Program-made: the position numbers and the translations under genes
Notes under the pieces: generated by a model
Databases searched by the model: none
What the model was told of the DNA's origin: nothing
Seen by the model: the letters and a program-made list of their open reading frames with translations, nothing else
NCBI GenBank assembly: GCA_002422845.1
Contig: DITM01000098.1
Coordinates: 21,465 to 45,464, forward strand
Source: Candidatus Paracaedibacteraceae bacterium UBA6184
GTDB taxonomy: Bacteria > Pseudomonadota > Alphaproteobacteria > UBA6184
Reading direction: 5' to 3'
Length of the DNA stretch: 24,000 nt
Shown here: piece by piece, positions 14,171 through 23,847 of the stretch
Position numbering within the stretch: the first letter of the stretch is position 1
Layout of the letters: each line of letters opens with the position of its first letter

Positions 14171-15652
14171 ATGGAATTGAGGTTTCAACCAGAGTTTAAA
14201 CCCACCGAAAATTCAGTAATTGTTGTGGGTATGTTTACCGATGGAACTATACAAACTCACGGCAATGATCTTAGCAAAGACATACTCAGCCTCATTACAA
14301 AGGCTGCTAAAGCAAAAGACTTTAAGGGAAAACCCAAAGACGTCATGGACATGATTGCGCCTGTTGATATTGCGTATAATCGTATCATCGTTATCGGATT
14401 GGGTGAAAAAGAAAAGCTCACTGATTATGAACTCCAAACTATTGGTGGAGCCTTAGCTTCGTCTTTATTAGGGGGTAAAGAAATCAATGGGTTTGCATTG
14501 TTTTCAGGGCTTACCCCTCGTCAAGCGGCATTGATTGCAACTGGGGCACGACTTCGCAGTTGGAGTTTCGATAAATATTTCACAACTGAAAAAACGAAAT
14601 CTAAGCGCGTTTTCAAAACACTTAACATCGCCTATGATAATGTTACTGAACTTGAAACAGCCTATGCTGATTTTGCAAGTGTAACTGACGGTGTCTTTTT
14701 AACCCGTGACGTTGTGTCAGAACTTCCAAACATTTTGTATCCAGAAACGTTTTGCGATCGTGCAAAAGAACTTCGTCAGTTAGGGGTTGAAATTGAAATC
14801 CTTGGCGAAGATGAAATGCAAGAACTAGGAATGAACTCTCTATTGGCCGTGGGTCAAGGCAGTGTGCGTGAATCAAAACTTTGCGTGATGCGCTGGAATG
14901 GCGGAAAATCAGGCGAGGCTCCAGTTGCCTTTGTGGGTAAAGGCGTTACCTTTGACACGGGCGGAATCAGTATTAAACCCGCTGATCGCATGCACGATAT
15001 GAAATACGACATGGCAGGTGCCGGCGTTGTCCTTGGGCTGATGAAAGCTTTGGCCAGCCGAAAAGCAAACGTCAATGTGGTTGGCGTTGCGGGTCTTGCT
15101 GAAAACATGCCGTCAGGAAACGCTCAACGCCCCGGCGATGTTTGGGTCAGCATGTCTGGACAAACCATTGAATGTCAAAACACCGATGCCGAAGGCCGCA
15201 TGGTATTAGCCGATGCATTGTGGTATACACAAGATCGCTTTAAACCTCAATTTATGATCGATCTTGCCACGTTAACCGGTGCGATTGTTGTTGCCCTTGG
15301 TCAAGAACACGCTGGATTATTCTCGAACAATGACGAACTGGCAGAACGCCTATTCAAAATTGGTCAAACAAGTGGCGAAAAATTATGGCGCATGCCATTG
15401 GGTGATGCCTATGACAAAGCCATCAACTCAACGGTTGCTGATATGAAAAACGTTGGTGACTCTGGCACGGGTGGCAGCATCACCGCCGCTCAATTCTTAC
15501 AACGGTTTGTGAACGATCATCCATGGGCTCACTTAGATATCGCCGGCATGGCTTGGGCAAACAAAGCCCGTGATCTATGCTCTGCCGGCGCCTCTGGATT
15601 CGGGGTTCGTTTATTGGATCAACTGGTTGCAACGTATTACGAAGGCAAATAA
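14171..15652 (+). CDS. pepA: Leucyl aminopeptidase (M17)
   Basis: 493 aa. Motifs VGKGVTFDTGGISIKP and NTDAEGRMVLADAL. Confidence 0.95.
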   Translation: MELRFQPEFKPTENSVIVVGMFTDGTIQTHGNDLSKDILSLITKAAKAKDFKGKPKDVMDMIAPVDIAYNRIIVIGLGEKEKLTDYELQTIGGALASSLLGGKEINGFALFSGLTPRQAALIATGARLRSWSFDKYFTTEKTKSKRVFKTLNIAYDNVTELETAYADFASVTDGVFLTRDVVSELPNILYPETFCDRAKELRQLGVEIEILGEDEMQELGMNSLLAVGQGSVRESKLCVMRWNGGKSGEAPVAFVGKGVTFDTGGISIKPADRMHDMKYDMAGAGVVLGLMKALASRKANVNVVGVAGLAENMPSGNAQRPGDVWVSMSGQTIECQNTDAEGRMVLADALWYTQDRFKPQFMIDLATLTGAIVVALGQEHAGLFSNNDELAERLFKIGQTSGEKLWRMPLGDAYDKAINSTVADMKNVGDSGTGGSITAAQFLQRFVNDHPWAHLDIAGMAWANKARDLCSAGASGFGVRLLDQLVATYYEGK

Positions 15653-15656
15653 CCTC

Positions 15657-16079
15657 ATGCAGATTGTTGGCTATCACCACAGTATTAGTCCGTTAGAAAA
15701 AGTACTTCCTAAGCTTTTAGAAAAAATCTTAGCCTCAGGACAACGTGCCGTGGTGATGGCACCTTCGGAAGATCAACTCAAAACCATCGATACGTTCCTA
15801 TGGACATATTCTAAATCAGAACTCCTTCCCCATGGAACGGCCGAAGATGGCAACCCATCTTACCAACCCATTTGGCTAACGTGCACCGATGAAAACCCAA
15901 ATGGCGCACACGTACTTATCTTAATCAACACCCTCCGTCCCACTCATCTAAATCAATTTGAAAAAGTGTTAATATTAGATCCTGATTGGTCAATACACTC
16001 CACTCAATGGGCTCAATCCATCGGAGACCTCACCGTTTGGGAAGAACAAACTCAAGGCGGCTGGGCTAAAAAAATATAA
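15657..16079 (+). CDS. holC: DNA polymerase III chi subunit
   Basis: 140 aa from the ATG 4 nt after the pepA stop. ...ASGQRAVVMAPSEDQLKTIDTFLWTY......LPHG fits the chi family. pepA-holC adjacency is common. The track's longer start overlaps pepA and is rejected. Confidence 0.8.
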   Translation: MQIVGYHHSISPLEKVLPKLLEKILASGQRAVVMAPSEDQLKTIDTFLWTYSKSELLPHGTAEDGNPSYQPIWLTCTDENPNGAHVLILINTLRPTHLNQFEKVLILDPDWSIHSTQWAQSIGDLTVWEEQTQGGWAKKI

Positions 16080-16162
16080 TTCTTAATTTTGTGTAAACAT
16101 AGTTGACTTTATTTTCAACTCCCCCTATAACCTTGTTAAGGATTAATAGGAAGTTTAAAATT

Positions 16163-16690
16163 ATGAGATTATCTTTACACGCTATTGGACTAACAACTGC
16201 ATTACTCTTAGGTGTAGTTGATGTTAATGCACATCTAGACCTTCTTAACGATTCAGGTTCTCTAGGTGGTTCTACAATCCATGAAATCAGAGCTCTAGAT
16301 GTACTAAACAGAGAAGCAAGCACTTTAGCCAGTTCTGCTGTAACAACAGGAACAAGCACTCAAAATGCGTCTACTGAAACCGAAGCAGAAACTAACACTG
16401 CTGAAGAAGGTGTAGCAATCGAGGAAGTAAAACCTTTAACTCATACTGCAGAACTTAAAGCAAATTTATATGAAATTGAAAAAGCTTTAAAAGAAAGTAC
16501 ACTAGCCGTTGCCGAAGTTTTAAATGGGGTAATTAGTTTAGTTGCACCCATTGCAAATATCGGAAATAGCGCTGTAAACTTAGGGATTACTTTAGCAAAA
16601 GTATTCTGGTTTAGCGGTAAAGTACTGTATAACCTTGGAGCAGTCATTGCTGAAGGCGTTCAAACAGCTCACGCTTTTTTAACTAAATAA
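16163..16690 (+). CDS. Hypothetical secreted protein (175 aa) with a Thr/Glu-rich linker and an amphipathic Gly/Ala/Val-rich C-terminus
   Basis: Signal-peptide-like MRLSLHAIGLTTALLLGVVDVNA|HLD from ATG 16163, with AGGAAG upstream. Followed by a strong terminator. No recognisable family. Confidence 0.6.
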   Translation: MRLSLHAIGLTTALLLGVVDVNAHLDLLNDSGSLGGSTIHEIRALDVLNREASTLASSAVTTGTSTQNASTETEAETNTAEEGVAIEEVKPLTHTAELKANLYEIEKALKESTLAVAEVLNGVISLVAPIANIGNSAVNLGITLAKVFWFSGKVLYNLGAVIAEGVQTAHAFLTK

Positions 16691-16710
16691 CTCAGACACT
16701 TAAAGACATA

Positions 16711-16748
16711 AAAAAGCCCCGCCCAAAATTAATTGAGCGGGGCTTTTT
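16711..16748. terminator. Bidirectional intrinsic terminator between the secreted-protein gene (+) and gyrA (-)
   Basis: GCCCCGC...GCGGGGC stem flanked by an A-run on the left and a T-run on the right. Confidence 0.8.
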
Positions 16749-16761
16749 CGTAAGTATCGTA

Positions 16762-19470
16762 TTACTCTTCGATACTTACCTCGATATCTTCCACCACGTC
16801 ATCTTGGACAATTTTTGATTCGTCCAAACGGGTCGTTGAGATAACCTTTTCGTTGTCAGCCACTCGAATCACGATCACACCTTGGGATGTTCGTCCACAA
16901 ATGCGAACGCCTTCAACAGGGCAACGAATCGTTGTGCTCGCATCGGACATCAAGACGATATCATCGCCATGCCCCACTGGGAATGAACTGATCACTTTAC
17001 CGTTTTTAGCCGACAATCCAATGTTTGTAAGTCCCTGCCCGCCACGGTGCGTCACACGATATTCATACGATGACGTACGCTTAGCATAGCCTTTATCTGT
17101 AAGGGTTAAGATGAACTCTTCTTTACCTTGCAACTCTTTGTAACGCTCGTCGGTTAAGGTAACGTCTGCTGTTGATTCTTCATCATCGTCAGCAACAGAA
17201 TCATCATCCAATCGACGCATTTTCAAATACGCATTACGCTCTTCGATTGTGAAATCAATGCTGTTCAACAGTGACATTGACACCACTTCATTATCGCCCG
17301 CTAATCTAATGGCTCTAACGCCATTTGAATCACGACCAGAAAACACACGAATGTCCGTGACAGAGAATCGAATTGATTTACCATCACGCGATGCCAACAA
17401 TACATCTTGAGTATCATAACAAGGTTGAACAGCGATTAAGTTTTCACCCTCATCTAAACGAATGGCTTTTTTACCCGATGATCGAATTTGGGTAAAGTCA
17501 CTCAATCGGTTGCGTCGAACATTACCACGATTAGTCGAGAACATAATGAACATGTTTGCCCATTCTGCTTCATCCTCTGGCATTGGCATGATCGTCGCAA
17601 TACGCTCACCTTGTTCCAATGGCAGCAAGTTCACCAAGGCTTTACCACGAGATTGCAATGAACCTTCGGGTAAACGATATACCTTTAATTTGTAACACTG
17701 CCCATGCGTCGTAAAGAACAACAAGGGTGTATGTGTATTGGCCACAAAGATATCTTGTACCGCATCTTCATCACGGGTCGCCATTCCGGATCGACCTTTT
17801 CCACCACGGCGTTGTGCACGGTACAATAATAATGATGAACGACGAATATATCCACTCATCGTAACCGTTACAACCATGTCTTCACGTTCAATCAGGTCTT
17901 CGATATCATGTTCAAATTCGCCTTCTTGAATCTCAGTTTTACGTGGTGTTCCGAATTGCTCTTTGACCTCAATCATTTCCTGTTTTAACAACGCATATAA
18001 AACAGCTTTATCCGACAATATGTCTAACAAACGTTCGATTTCAGCAACAATTTCTTTCAAATCATCTAATATTTTTTCGCGTTCTAATCCAGTTAAACGG
18101 TGTAAACGCAAATCTAAAATTGCCTTGGCTTGCTCTTCAGACATCTGATACGTTTTAACCAAGACTTCTTCGCCGGTCACCAATTGAATAAACGGCGCAA
18201 TGTCTTTTGTATCCCATTCACGAGCCAGCAAGTTTTCTTTCGCAACTTTTGGATCAGGTGCCGCACGAATGATGCGAATCACTTCATCAATGTTTGCAAC
18301 CGCAACACCAAGCCCCACCAACAGGTTTGCTTTTTCACGCGCTCTACGCAGCAAGAATCTTGAACGTCGCGTAATGACTTCTTCGCGGAATTCCACAAAG
18401 GCTTTAATGATCTGTTGAAGATTCAATAATTCTGGGCGATTGTTATACAACGCCAATACGTTAAAGCTAATGCTGGTTTGCAAGGGTGTAAACTTAAACA
18501 GCTGATTCAACACCACTTCAGGTGAAGCATCTTTCTTCAACTCAACGACCACGCGCACACCGGTACGGTTTGATTCGTCTCGAATTTCAGAAATGCCTTC
18601 AATAATCTTTAATTTAACGGTTTCAGCGATACGCTCAACCATTTTGGCTTTGTTCACTTGATAGGGAATTTCGCTAACAATAATGGCCATACGACCTTTG
18701 CGAATTTCCTCAATCTCTGTACGTCCACGAACAATAATGCTGCCTCTACCTGTGCGATAGGCTTGCAAAATAATAGAACGACCCATGATAATTCCACCGG
18801 TTGGGAAATCTGGGCCTTTAATATGTTCCATTAATTCTTCAATGGCAATGTCCCGATTATCCACAAACGTACAGCAGGCATCAATGACTTCACTCAGGTT
18901 ATGCGTTGGAACACTTGTCGCCATCCCCACAGCAATACCTTCAGCACCATTGACCAACAAATTTGGGAATCGCGCAGGCAATACTGATGGTTCTAACAAT
19001 GTTTCGTCATAGTTTGGACGGAAATTCACAGTATCTTTATCAATGTCCTCCGTCATCGCATGTGCTGCTTTAGACATACGGGCTTCCGTATAACGGAATG
19101 ATGCGGGTGGATCACCATCCATCGAACCAAAGTTACCTTGCCCTTGAATCAATGGCACTCGCAATGAGAACGATTGAGCCATACGCACCATCGAATGATA
19201 AATAGCCGAGTCACCATGCGGGTGAAACCTCGCCATCACGCCTCCGACGATATAGGCTGACTTTTTAAAGGGTTTGTTGTAATCATACCCATCTTGTTTC
19301 ATCGAAAATAAAATACGTCGATGAACTGGTTTCAATCCGTCGCGTATATCAGGTAAGGCACGTCCCACGATTACGCTCATCGCATAATCTAAATAGGAAC
19401 TTTTCATTTCATGTTCAATAGATACAGCACGAATATCCGTATCCAATACCGAATTCTTTTTATCGCTCAC
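16762..19470 (-). CDS. gyrA: DNA gyrase subunit A
   Basis: 902 aa. YAMSVIVGRALPDIRDGLKPVHRR, active-site region FRYTEARM, and C-terminal beta-pinwheel repeats with an acidic insertion (DDDSVADDDEEST). Confidence 0.97.
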   Translation of the reverse strand: MSDKKNSVLDTDIRAVSIEHEMKSSYLDYAMSVIVGRALPDIRDGLKPVHRRILFSMKQDGYDYNKPFKKSAYIVGGVMARFHPHGDSAIYHSMVRMAQSFSLRVPLIQGQGNFGSMDGDPPASFRYTEARMSKAAHAMTEDIDKDTVNFRPNYDETLLEPSVLPARFPNLLVNGAEGIAVGMATSVPTHNLSEVIDACCTFVDNRDIAIEELMEHIKGPDFPTGGIIMGRSIILQAYRTGRGSIIVRGRTEIEEIRKGRMAIIVSEIPYQVNKAKMVERIAETVKLKIIEGISEIRDESNRTGVRVVVELKKDASPEVVLNQLFKFTPLQTSISFNVLALYNNRPELLNLQQIIKAFVEFREEVITRRSRFLLRRAREKANLLVGLGVAVANIDEVIRIIRAAPDPKVAKENLLAREWDTKDIAPFIQLVTGEEVLVKTYQMSEEQAKAILDLRLHRLTGLEREKILDDLKEIVAEIERLLDILSDKAVLYALLKQEMIEVKEQFGTPRKTEIQEGEFEHDIEDLIEREDMVVTVTMSGYIRRSSLLLYRAQRRGGKGRSGMATRDEDAVQDIFVANTHTPLLFFTTHGQCYKLKVYRLPEGSLQSRGKALVNLLPLEQGERIATIMPMPEDEAEWANMFIMFSTNRGNVRRNRLSDFTQIRSSGKKAIRLDEGENLIAVQPCYDTQDVLLASRDGKSIRFSVTDIRVFSGRDSNGVRAIRLAGDNEVVSMSLLNSIDFTIEERNAYLKMRRLDDDSVADDDEESTADVTLTDERYKELQGKEEFILTLTDKGYAKRTSSYEYRVTHRGGQGLTNIGLSAKNGKVISSFPVGHGDDIVLMSDASTTIRCPVEGVRICGRTSQGVIVIRVADNEKVISTTRLDESKIVQDDVVEDIEVSIEE

Positions 19471-19498
19471 AATACATCCAATGCGTTAGTTAATAAAT

Positions 19499-20014
19499 TT
19501 AGAACGGAATTTCATCATCAATGCCAAAGCTATTTTTTGGCTGAGCTTGCGTTGAAGGCCTAGATGCCTGTTGCATAGATTGTCCGCCAAATCCAGATGA
19601 ACTTGATTGAGACGAAAATCCATTATCAGATCCGAAAGAGTCTGAACCACCGGATGATCCATTGCGGCTATCAACCAAGACCAATTCACCTTTAAAACGA
19701 GAAATCACAATTTCCGTAGTATACCGATCAACGCCAGTATTATCTTTCCATTGACGTGTTTGCAGCTGACCTTCTAAATAAACCTTAGATCCTTTGCGCA
19801 AATACTTTTCTGCAACTTCAGCAATGCGATCGTTAAAAATCACCACACGGTGCCATTCGGTTTTCTCTTTGCGTTCTCCGCTTTGCTTATCATTCCAAAA
19901 TTCAGAGGTCGCAACAGAGAATGTAACGATTTTAGAACTATCTTGCCCCATACGAACTTCAGGATCTGCGCCTAAATTTCCCAGCAACGTCACCTTGTTA
20001 ATACTTCCAGCCAT
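19499..20014 (-). CDS. ssb: Single-stranded DNA-binding protein
   Basis: 171 aa. OB-fold N-terminus ([14 protein letters not shown]), Gly/Ser/Gln-rich linker, acidic tip DDEIPF. Only 28 nt upstream of gyrA, so likely co-transcribed. Confidence 0.95.
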   Translation of the reverse strand: MAGSINKVTLLGNLGADPEVRMGQDSSKIVTFSVATSEFWNDKQSGERKEKTEWHRVVIFNDRIAEVAEKYLRKGSKVYLEGQLQTRQWKDNTGVDRYTTEIVISRFKGELVLVDSRNGSSGGSDSFGSDNGFSSQSSSSGFGGQSMQQASRPSTQAQPKNSFGIDDEIPF

Positions 20015-20172
20015 GGCTTTTCCTTTATAAATAGTTAAATTAACCTATCATTTTTTTCAACAAAAAGCCATTTTTTTTGACGACTAATGTATGTTTTACC
20101 TCGTCTTTTATCTTGACGATCTTGAATCTCTATATTACATCTACCCATACATTATTATAGTTCAAGGTGATC

Positions 20173-21069
20173 ATGAATTTTATTCCAACAACACTCAGAT
20201 ATTTAGTCGTCATCAATTGCTTTTTATCCATAGGATCTGCCGCACATCATTTACCCTGCAAAGGCTCTATTAATGGAATGAACGGAGCTATCAAGCAGGT
20301 TGTTTCTCCCAAAATTACCCACCGTTTTGCACACGCTACACACCCTTCAGCCATGAATATATTAACAAAAAACTCCACTCTTTTTCAGCGTTTTTGTTGC
20401 CATATGTTTTTACAACCAGTTCATTTAGGTTTACGCAAAGTCCAATGGTGGCCTTATGTAAACGCAGCTCACAATAGCTTTTTAGAATTTGCACAACACC
20501 AAGACTCCCATCCATTTACAGAGGTTCAAATTACATCTCAAAATGTGTGGTCAGACACCTCTCCGCTTCATTCAACACCGTCATCAGATACAGATCATGA
20601 CACCTTCGTTTACAACTTAGTCATGGATCCTCACAGTAAACTTGACAGAACCATCGTTTTCGACAGTCAAGAACCTACTCATATCCCAACAATTAAACGT
20701 GTTACTCAACTGGGGTTAGGTTCAGACCGCCTTCAAAACTCTACTGATCCTGAAACTAAAGCATGGATTGAATTCTTAACTCATGCTCATTTGAAGGATG
20801 ATATTCCCGCAAAAACGCCAGATAGTGTTGCACAGGCTTACACAATGATTGACTTAACCGCCTGGTCACCCAAAACCCAGAAACGTTACCTAGACACACT
20901 ATCCCCTCAAAAACCTTTAAATCAAAAGGAACTAGAAACTATTATTGGAATCATCGACTTTTGTTTAGAAAAAGGATACCCACTGGCAAATATGGTAAAA
21001 TATACGGGACTCTGCCCCGATGTGATTACCACAATTATCGATCAATTAAATCATCGTCCTCAATTTTAA
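20173..21069 (+). CDS. Hypothetical secreted protein (298 aa)
   Basis: Signal-peptide-like MNFIPTTLRYLVVINCFLSIGSA|AHH from ATG 20173, with AAGG upstream. His-rich. No recognisable domain. Confidence 0.55.
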   Translation: MNFIPTTLRYLVVINCFLSIGSAAHHLPCKGSINGMNGAIKQVVSPKITHRFAHATHPSAMNILTKNSTLFQRFCCHMFLQPVHLGLRKVQWWPYVNAAHNSFLEFAQHQDSHPFTEVQITSQNVWSDTSPLHSTPSSDTDHDTFVYNLVMDPHSKLDRTIVFDSQEPTHIPTIKRVTQLGLGSDRLQNSTDPETKAWIEFLTHAHLKDDIPAKTPDSVAQAYTMIDLTAWSPKTQKRYLDTLSPQKPLNQKELETIIGIIDFCLEKGYPLANMVKYTGLCPDVITTIIDQLNHRPQF

Positions 21070-21071
21070 TA

Positions 21072-21152
21072 CTGCAGCGCCCTTCGCTCCCCAATGCCCT
21101 AACGGGCACGCAGGAGCGAACCTGCGCCCAAGATCCAACGGACACGTTGCCT
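21072..21152. repeat. Nested-hairpin repeat B1 (upstream of fmt)
   Basis: ctgcagcgcccTTCGCTCCccaaTGCCCtaacGGGCAcgcaGGAGCGAAcctgcgcc... ends in the variant hairpin CAACGgacaCGTTG. About 85% identical by eye to 22191-22250. Confidence 0.85.
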
Positions 21153-21212
21153 ATAGATTTTACCGCTTAATCTATGATATGTCTCTGACAACCACTTAAT
21201 ATCAGAGGACAC

Positions 21213-22145
21213 ATGCGTATCGTTTTTATGGGAACCCCAACCTTTGCAGCCGCTGCATTACACTCAATACTTGATGCAAAATTGAATGTCGTGGCCGTAT
21301 ATACTCAACCCCCCAAACCCGTTGGACGGGGATATGAAGTCACAAAATCAGCAACACATGAACTTGCCGAACGCCACAACATCCCCGTATATTACCCTAA
21401 AACCTTACGCTCCCCCGAAGCCTACGCTGAACTTCAAGCGTTAAACCCTGACATCTGCGTGGTTGCAGCCTATGGCTTTATTTTACCTCAACCCGTATTA
21501 GATATTCCCCCGCTCGGCTGCATTAATATTCACGGATCATTGTTACCCCTATGGCGTGGTGCTGCTCCCATTCAACATTCTATTTTAGCTGGCGATACTG
21601 AAACTGGAATTACAATCATGAAAATGGATATTGGTATGGATACCGGTGACATGCTGTATAAACGATCCGTCCCCATCACTCCAACCACCACAAGCCAAAT
21701 GCTATTTGATGAGTTGGCTATCTTAGGTGGAAAAATGATCGTGGACTATCTGCATCTTCCTGATCGTTACCCTCCTGCACCACAACCTATCAAAGGCGTC
21801 ACCCTGGCACCCAAGATTGATAAATCAATGGCTCAATTGGATTGGCGAAAAACAGCGGTTGAATTAGACCGTCAATTGCGCGCATTCACACCGTGGCCCG
21901 GCGCATTCACGACTTATAACAATATCATCCTAAAAATTGGCGGATTGAAAATTATCCCCGATAATCACACCCAAACGCCTGGAACTATTCTCAATGATCA
22001 GCTTCATATTGCGTGCGGAAACGGTACTGTCCTTGCAATCACAGCATTGCAACGCCCAGGTGGAAAAATGCTATCGACACCAGAGTTTTTAAAGGGATTT
22101 GAGATTAAACCTGGACAGCATCTTGATACTGGATCCAATAGATAG
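21213..22145 (+). CDS. fmt: Methionyl-tRNA formyltransferase
   Basis: 310 aa. MRIVFMGTP start and the NIHGSLLPLWRGAAPIQ motif. Confidence 0.95.
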   Translation: MRIVFMGTPTFAAAALHSILDAKLNVVAVYTQPPKPVGRGYEVTKSATHELAERHNIPVYYPKTLRSPEAYAELQALNPDICVVAAYGFILPQPVLDIPPLGCINIHGSLLPLWRGAAPIQHSILAGDTETGITIMKMDIGMDTGDMLYKRSVPITPTTTSQMLFDELAILGGKMIVDYLHLPDRYPPAPQPIKGVTLAPKIDKSMAQLDWRKTAVELDRQLRAFTPWPGAFTTYNNIILKIGGLKIIPDNHTQTPGTILNDQLHIACGNGTVLAITALQRPGGKMLSTPEFLKGFEIKPGQHLDTGSNR

Positions 22146-22190
22146 ATCTGATCCGAACTGACACGGAATATTCGAATCAGAGTTATCTTT

Positions 22191-22268
22191 CTGCAGCGCC
22201 CTTCGCTCCACAATGCCTCTAACGAGGCACGCAGGAGCAAACCTGCGCCACAGCAACGCTGGCAACGA
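22191..22268. repeat. Nested-hairpin repeat B2 (downstream of fmt), same orientation as B1
   Basis: ctgcagcgcccTTCGCTCCacaaTGCCTCtaacGAGGCAcgcaGGAGCAAAcctgcgcc. The inner stem is one base pair longer than in B1 (a paired insertion). Confidence 0.85.
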
Positions 22269-22269
22269 C

Positions 22270-23847
22270 TTAATCGTGTTCCACGGATTCCAACCTAACC
22301 TGACCTTTTTCAGTTAAATAAATCTGATGCGTGGCAACTTCATGAATAAAGGCTCGGTTATGGCTCACAAAAATAACTGTACCAGTAAAGACCGATAATG
22401 CATTTGCCAAATTTTCACACGCTGATAAATCTAAATGGTTGGTGGGCTCGTCTAAAAAGAGTACATTTGGACGTTTAATCAACATAGACGCCAAGGCTAC
22501 ACGGCTTTTTTCACCTCCCGACAAAATCTTTATTTTCTTAAAGACCGCTTCTCCTGTAAGTCCCAAACTCCCCAATAAGCTTCGCGCCTCATTTTCCGTT
22601 GCATCTCTCGAACTTTGTGTAACGTTTTCCAATATGGATAACTCTTCATTAAGCCCTTCTAAATGCTCTTGGGCAAAGTATCCCGGATTAAACTTTCCAC
22701 CCAAAGAAACTGTACCCTCGACGGCTGGATGCTTGCCTAAAAGTGTTTTAAGCAATGTAGACTTTCCCAGTCCATTGGCTCCCAGTATACCGATCTTTTG
22801 CCCCCTTAAAATAGTAAACGACATAGCGCGCGTTAAGGGTTTATCATATCCAATTCGCAAATCTTCTACCTTCATGACTTCTTTTGAGGATGGGTATGGG
22901 TTGCGTAATGATAGACTCATTGTGTCCTTCATCTCATCAATCTCAACAGAGTCTTCCAACATACGAAGGCGTGAAAGCATCTTCAGTCGTGACTGAACTT
23001 GTTTTGCTTTTGTTGGGGTTGCCCTAAACGTATTTACGAATTTTTCAATATGCTCCGCCTGCAAACGAAGTTGTTTTGCCATGTGATCTTGTTGAGATTG
23101 CTTCAGTGCAAAGGATTCTAAAAAAGCATCAAAGTTCCCAACATACGGTGTCATTTCACCTTGCTTCAAATGTAAAACATGGGTTGATAGGCGATTCAAA
23201 AGATCTTTATCATGCGACACAAACAGAATCGTTCCTTCGAATTTTTTTAAATACTCTTCAAACCAAAGAATGGTGGGTAAATCTAAATGGTTGGTGGGCT
23301 CGTCAAGAATCAAAAAATTAGGCTTGTTTAAAAGCATCTTTACAAATTCTAACCGCATCCGCCACCCACCCGACAGAATATCTACCGGCGCATCAAATTG
23401 CTCTTCTTTAAACCCAAGCCCTTGTAAAATTTTCTTGGTATCATCAACAACTCGATATCCCCCCATATCTTGGAACTGCTGTTCAAGGCGCTCATACCGA
23501 TCAAAAATTTTCTGATCACAATCTATTGCCATTTGCTCAAGAATCGCATCACGCTCTTCGATCACCGCATTTAAATCCAAAGCCCCACTTAAGGCTTCAG
23601 CCAAAATAGTATCTTTAGGTGTGGGGTTGGCAATTTGAGGAAGATAGCCTAAGCGCAGCGCCTTTGGCTTAATCATTGAACCTTCATAGTCATTATCAAG
23701 ACCACACAATATGTTCAAAAGAGTCGTTTTTCCTGCACCATTATTACCAATCAGAGCAATACGCCCCTGACTTGGACAGTGATATGAAATGCTTTTTAAA
23801 AGGGTGTTTCGACCATACGCTTTAGAAATATTTTGCAATAAAATCAC
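22270..23847 (-). CDS. ABC-F family ATPase (two fused ABC domains, no transmembrane domain; YbiT/EttA/Uup-like translation factor class)
   Basis: 525 aa. Walker A GNNGAGKTT and GANGLGKST. Signatures LSGGWRMR and LSGGEKSR. Inter-domain linker present. Confidence 0.9.
   Translation of the reverse strand: MILLQNISKAYGRNTLLKSISYHCPSQGRIALIGNNGAGKTTLLNILCGLDNDYEGSMIKPKALRLGYLPQIANPTPKDTILAEALSGALDLNAVIEERDAILEQMAIDCDQKIFDRYERLEQQFQDMGGYRVVDDTKKILQGLGFKEEQFDAPVDILSGGWRMRLEFVKMLLNKPNFLILDEPTNHLDLPTILWFEEYLKKFEGTILFVSHDKDLLNRLSTHVLHLKQGEMTPYVGNFDAFLESFALKQSQQDHMAKQLRLQAEHIEKFVNTFRATPTKAKQVQSRLKMLSRLRMLEDSVEIDEMKDTMSLSLRNPYPSSKEVMKVEDLRIGYDKPLTRAMSFTILRGQKIGILGANGLGKSTLLKTLLGKHPAVEGTVSLGGKFNPGYFAQEHLEGLNEELSILENVTQSSRDATENEARSLLGSLGLTGEAVFKKIKILSGGEKSRVALASMLIKRPNVLFLDEPTNHLDLSACENLANALSVFTGTVIFVSHNRAFIHEVATHQIYLTEKGQVRLESVEHD

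Noticed and set aside
15570-15656. Longer holC start at 15570 overlapping the pepA 3' end
   Set aside because: The ATG at 15657, 4 nt after the pepA stop, gives a chi-like N-terminus. The extension is out-of-frame pepA sequence.
20961-21170. ORFs 20961..21170(+) and 22004..22240(-) extending through the fmt-flanking repeats
   Set aside because: They read through repeats B1 and B2 and overlap real genes. They are artefacts of stop-free repeat sequence.
22148-22180. Inverted repeat CTGATCCGAA-N13-TTCGAATCAG just after the fmt stop, considered as a terminator
   Set aside because: It has one mismatch, a 13-nt loop and no following T-run. It may be a weak structure or part of the B2 flank, and is not supportable as an intrinsic terminator.
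22439-22996. 185-aa plus-strand ORF, and other long antisense ORFs inside gyrA (16853-19012), portal (7544..7801), ybaB/recR (9128..9403, 9463..9840), pepA (14213-15108) and rtcB (11926-12405)
   Set aside because: These are shadow ORFs opposite confidently identified genes. They have low-complexity or Ser/Arg/Pro-rich composition and no RBS.
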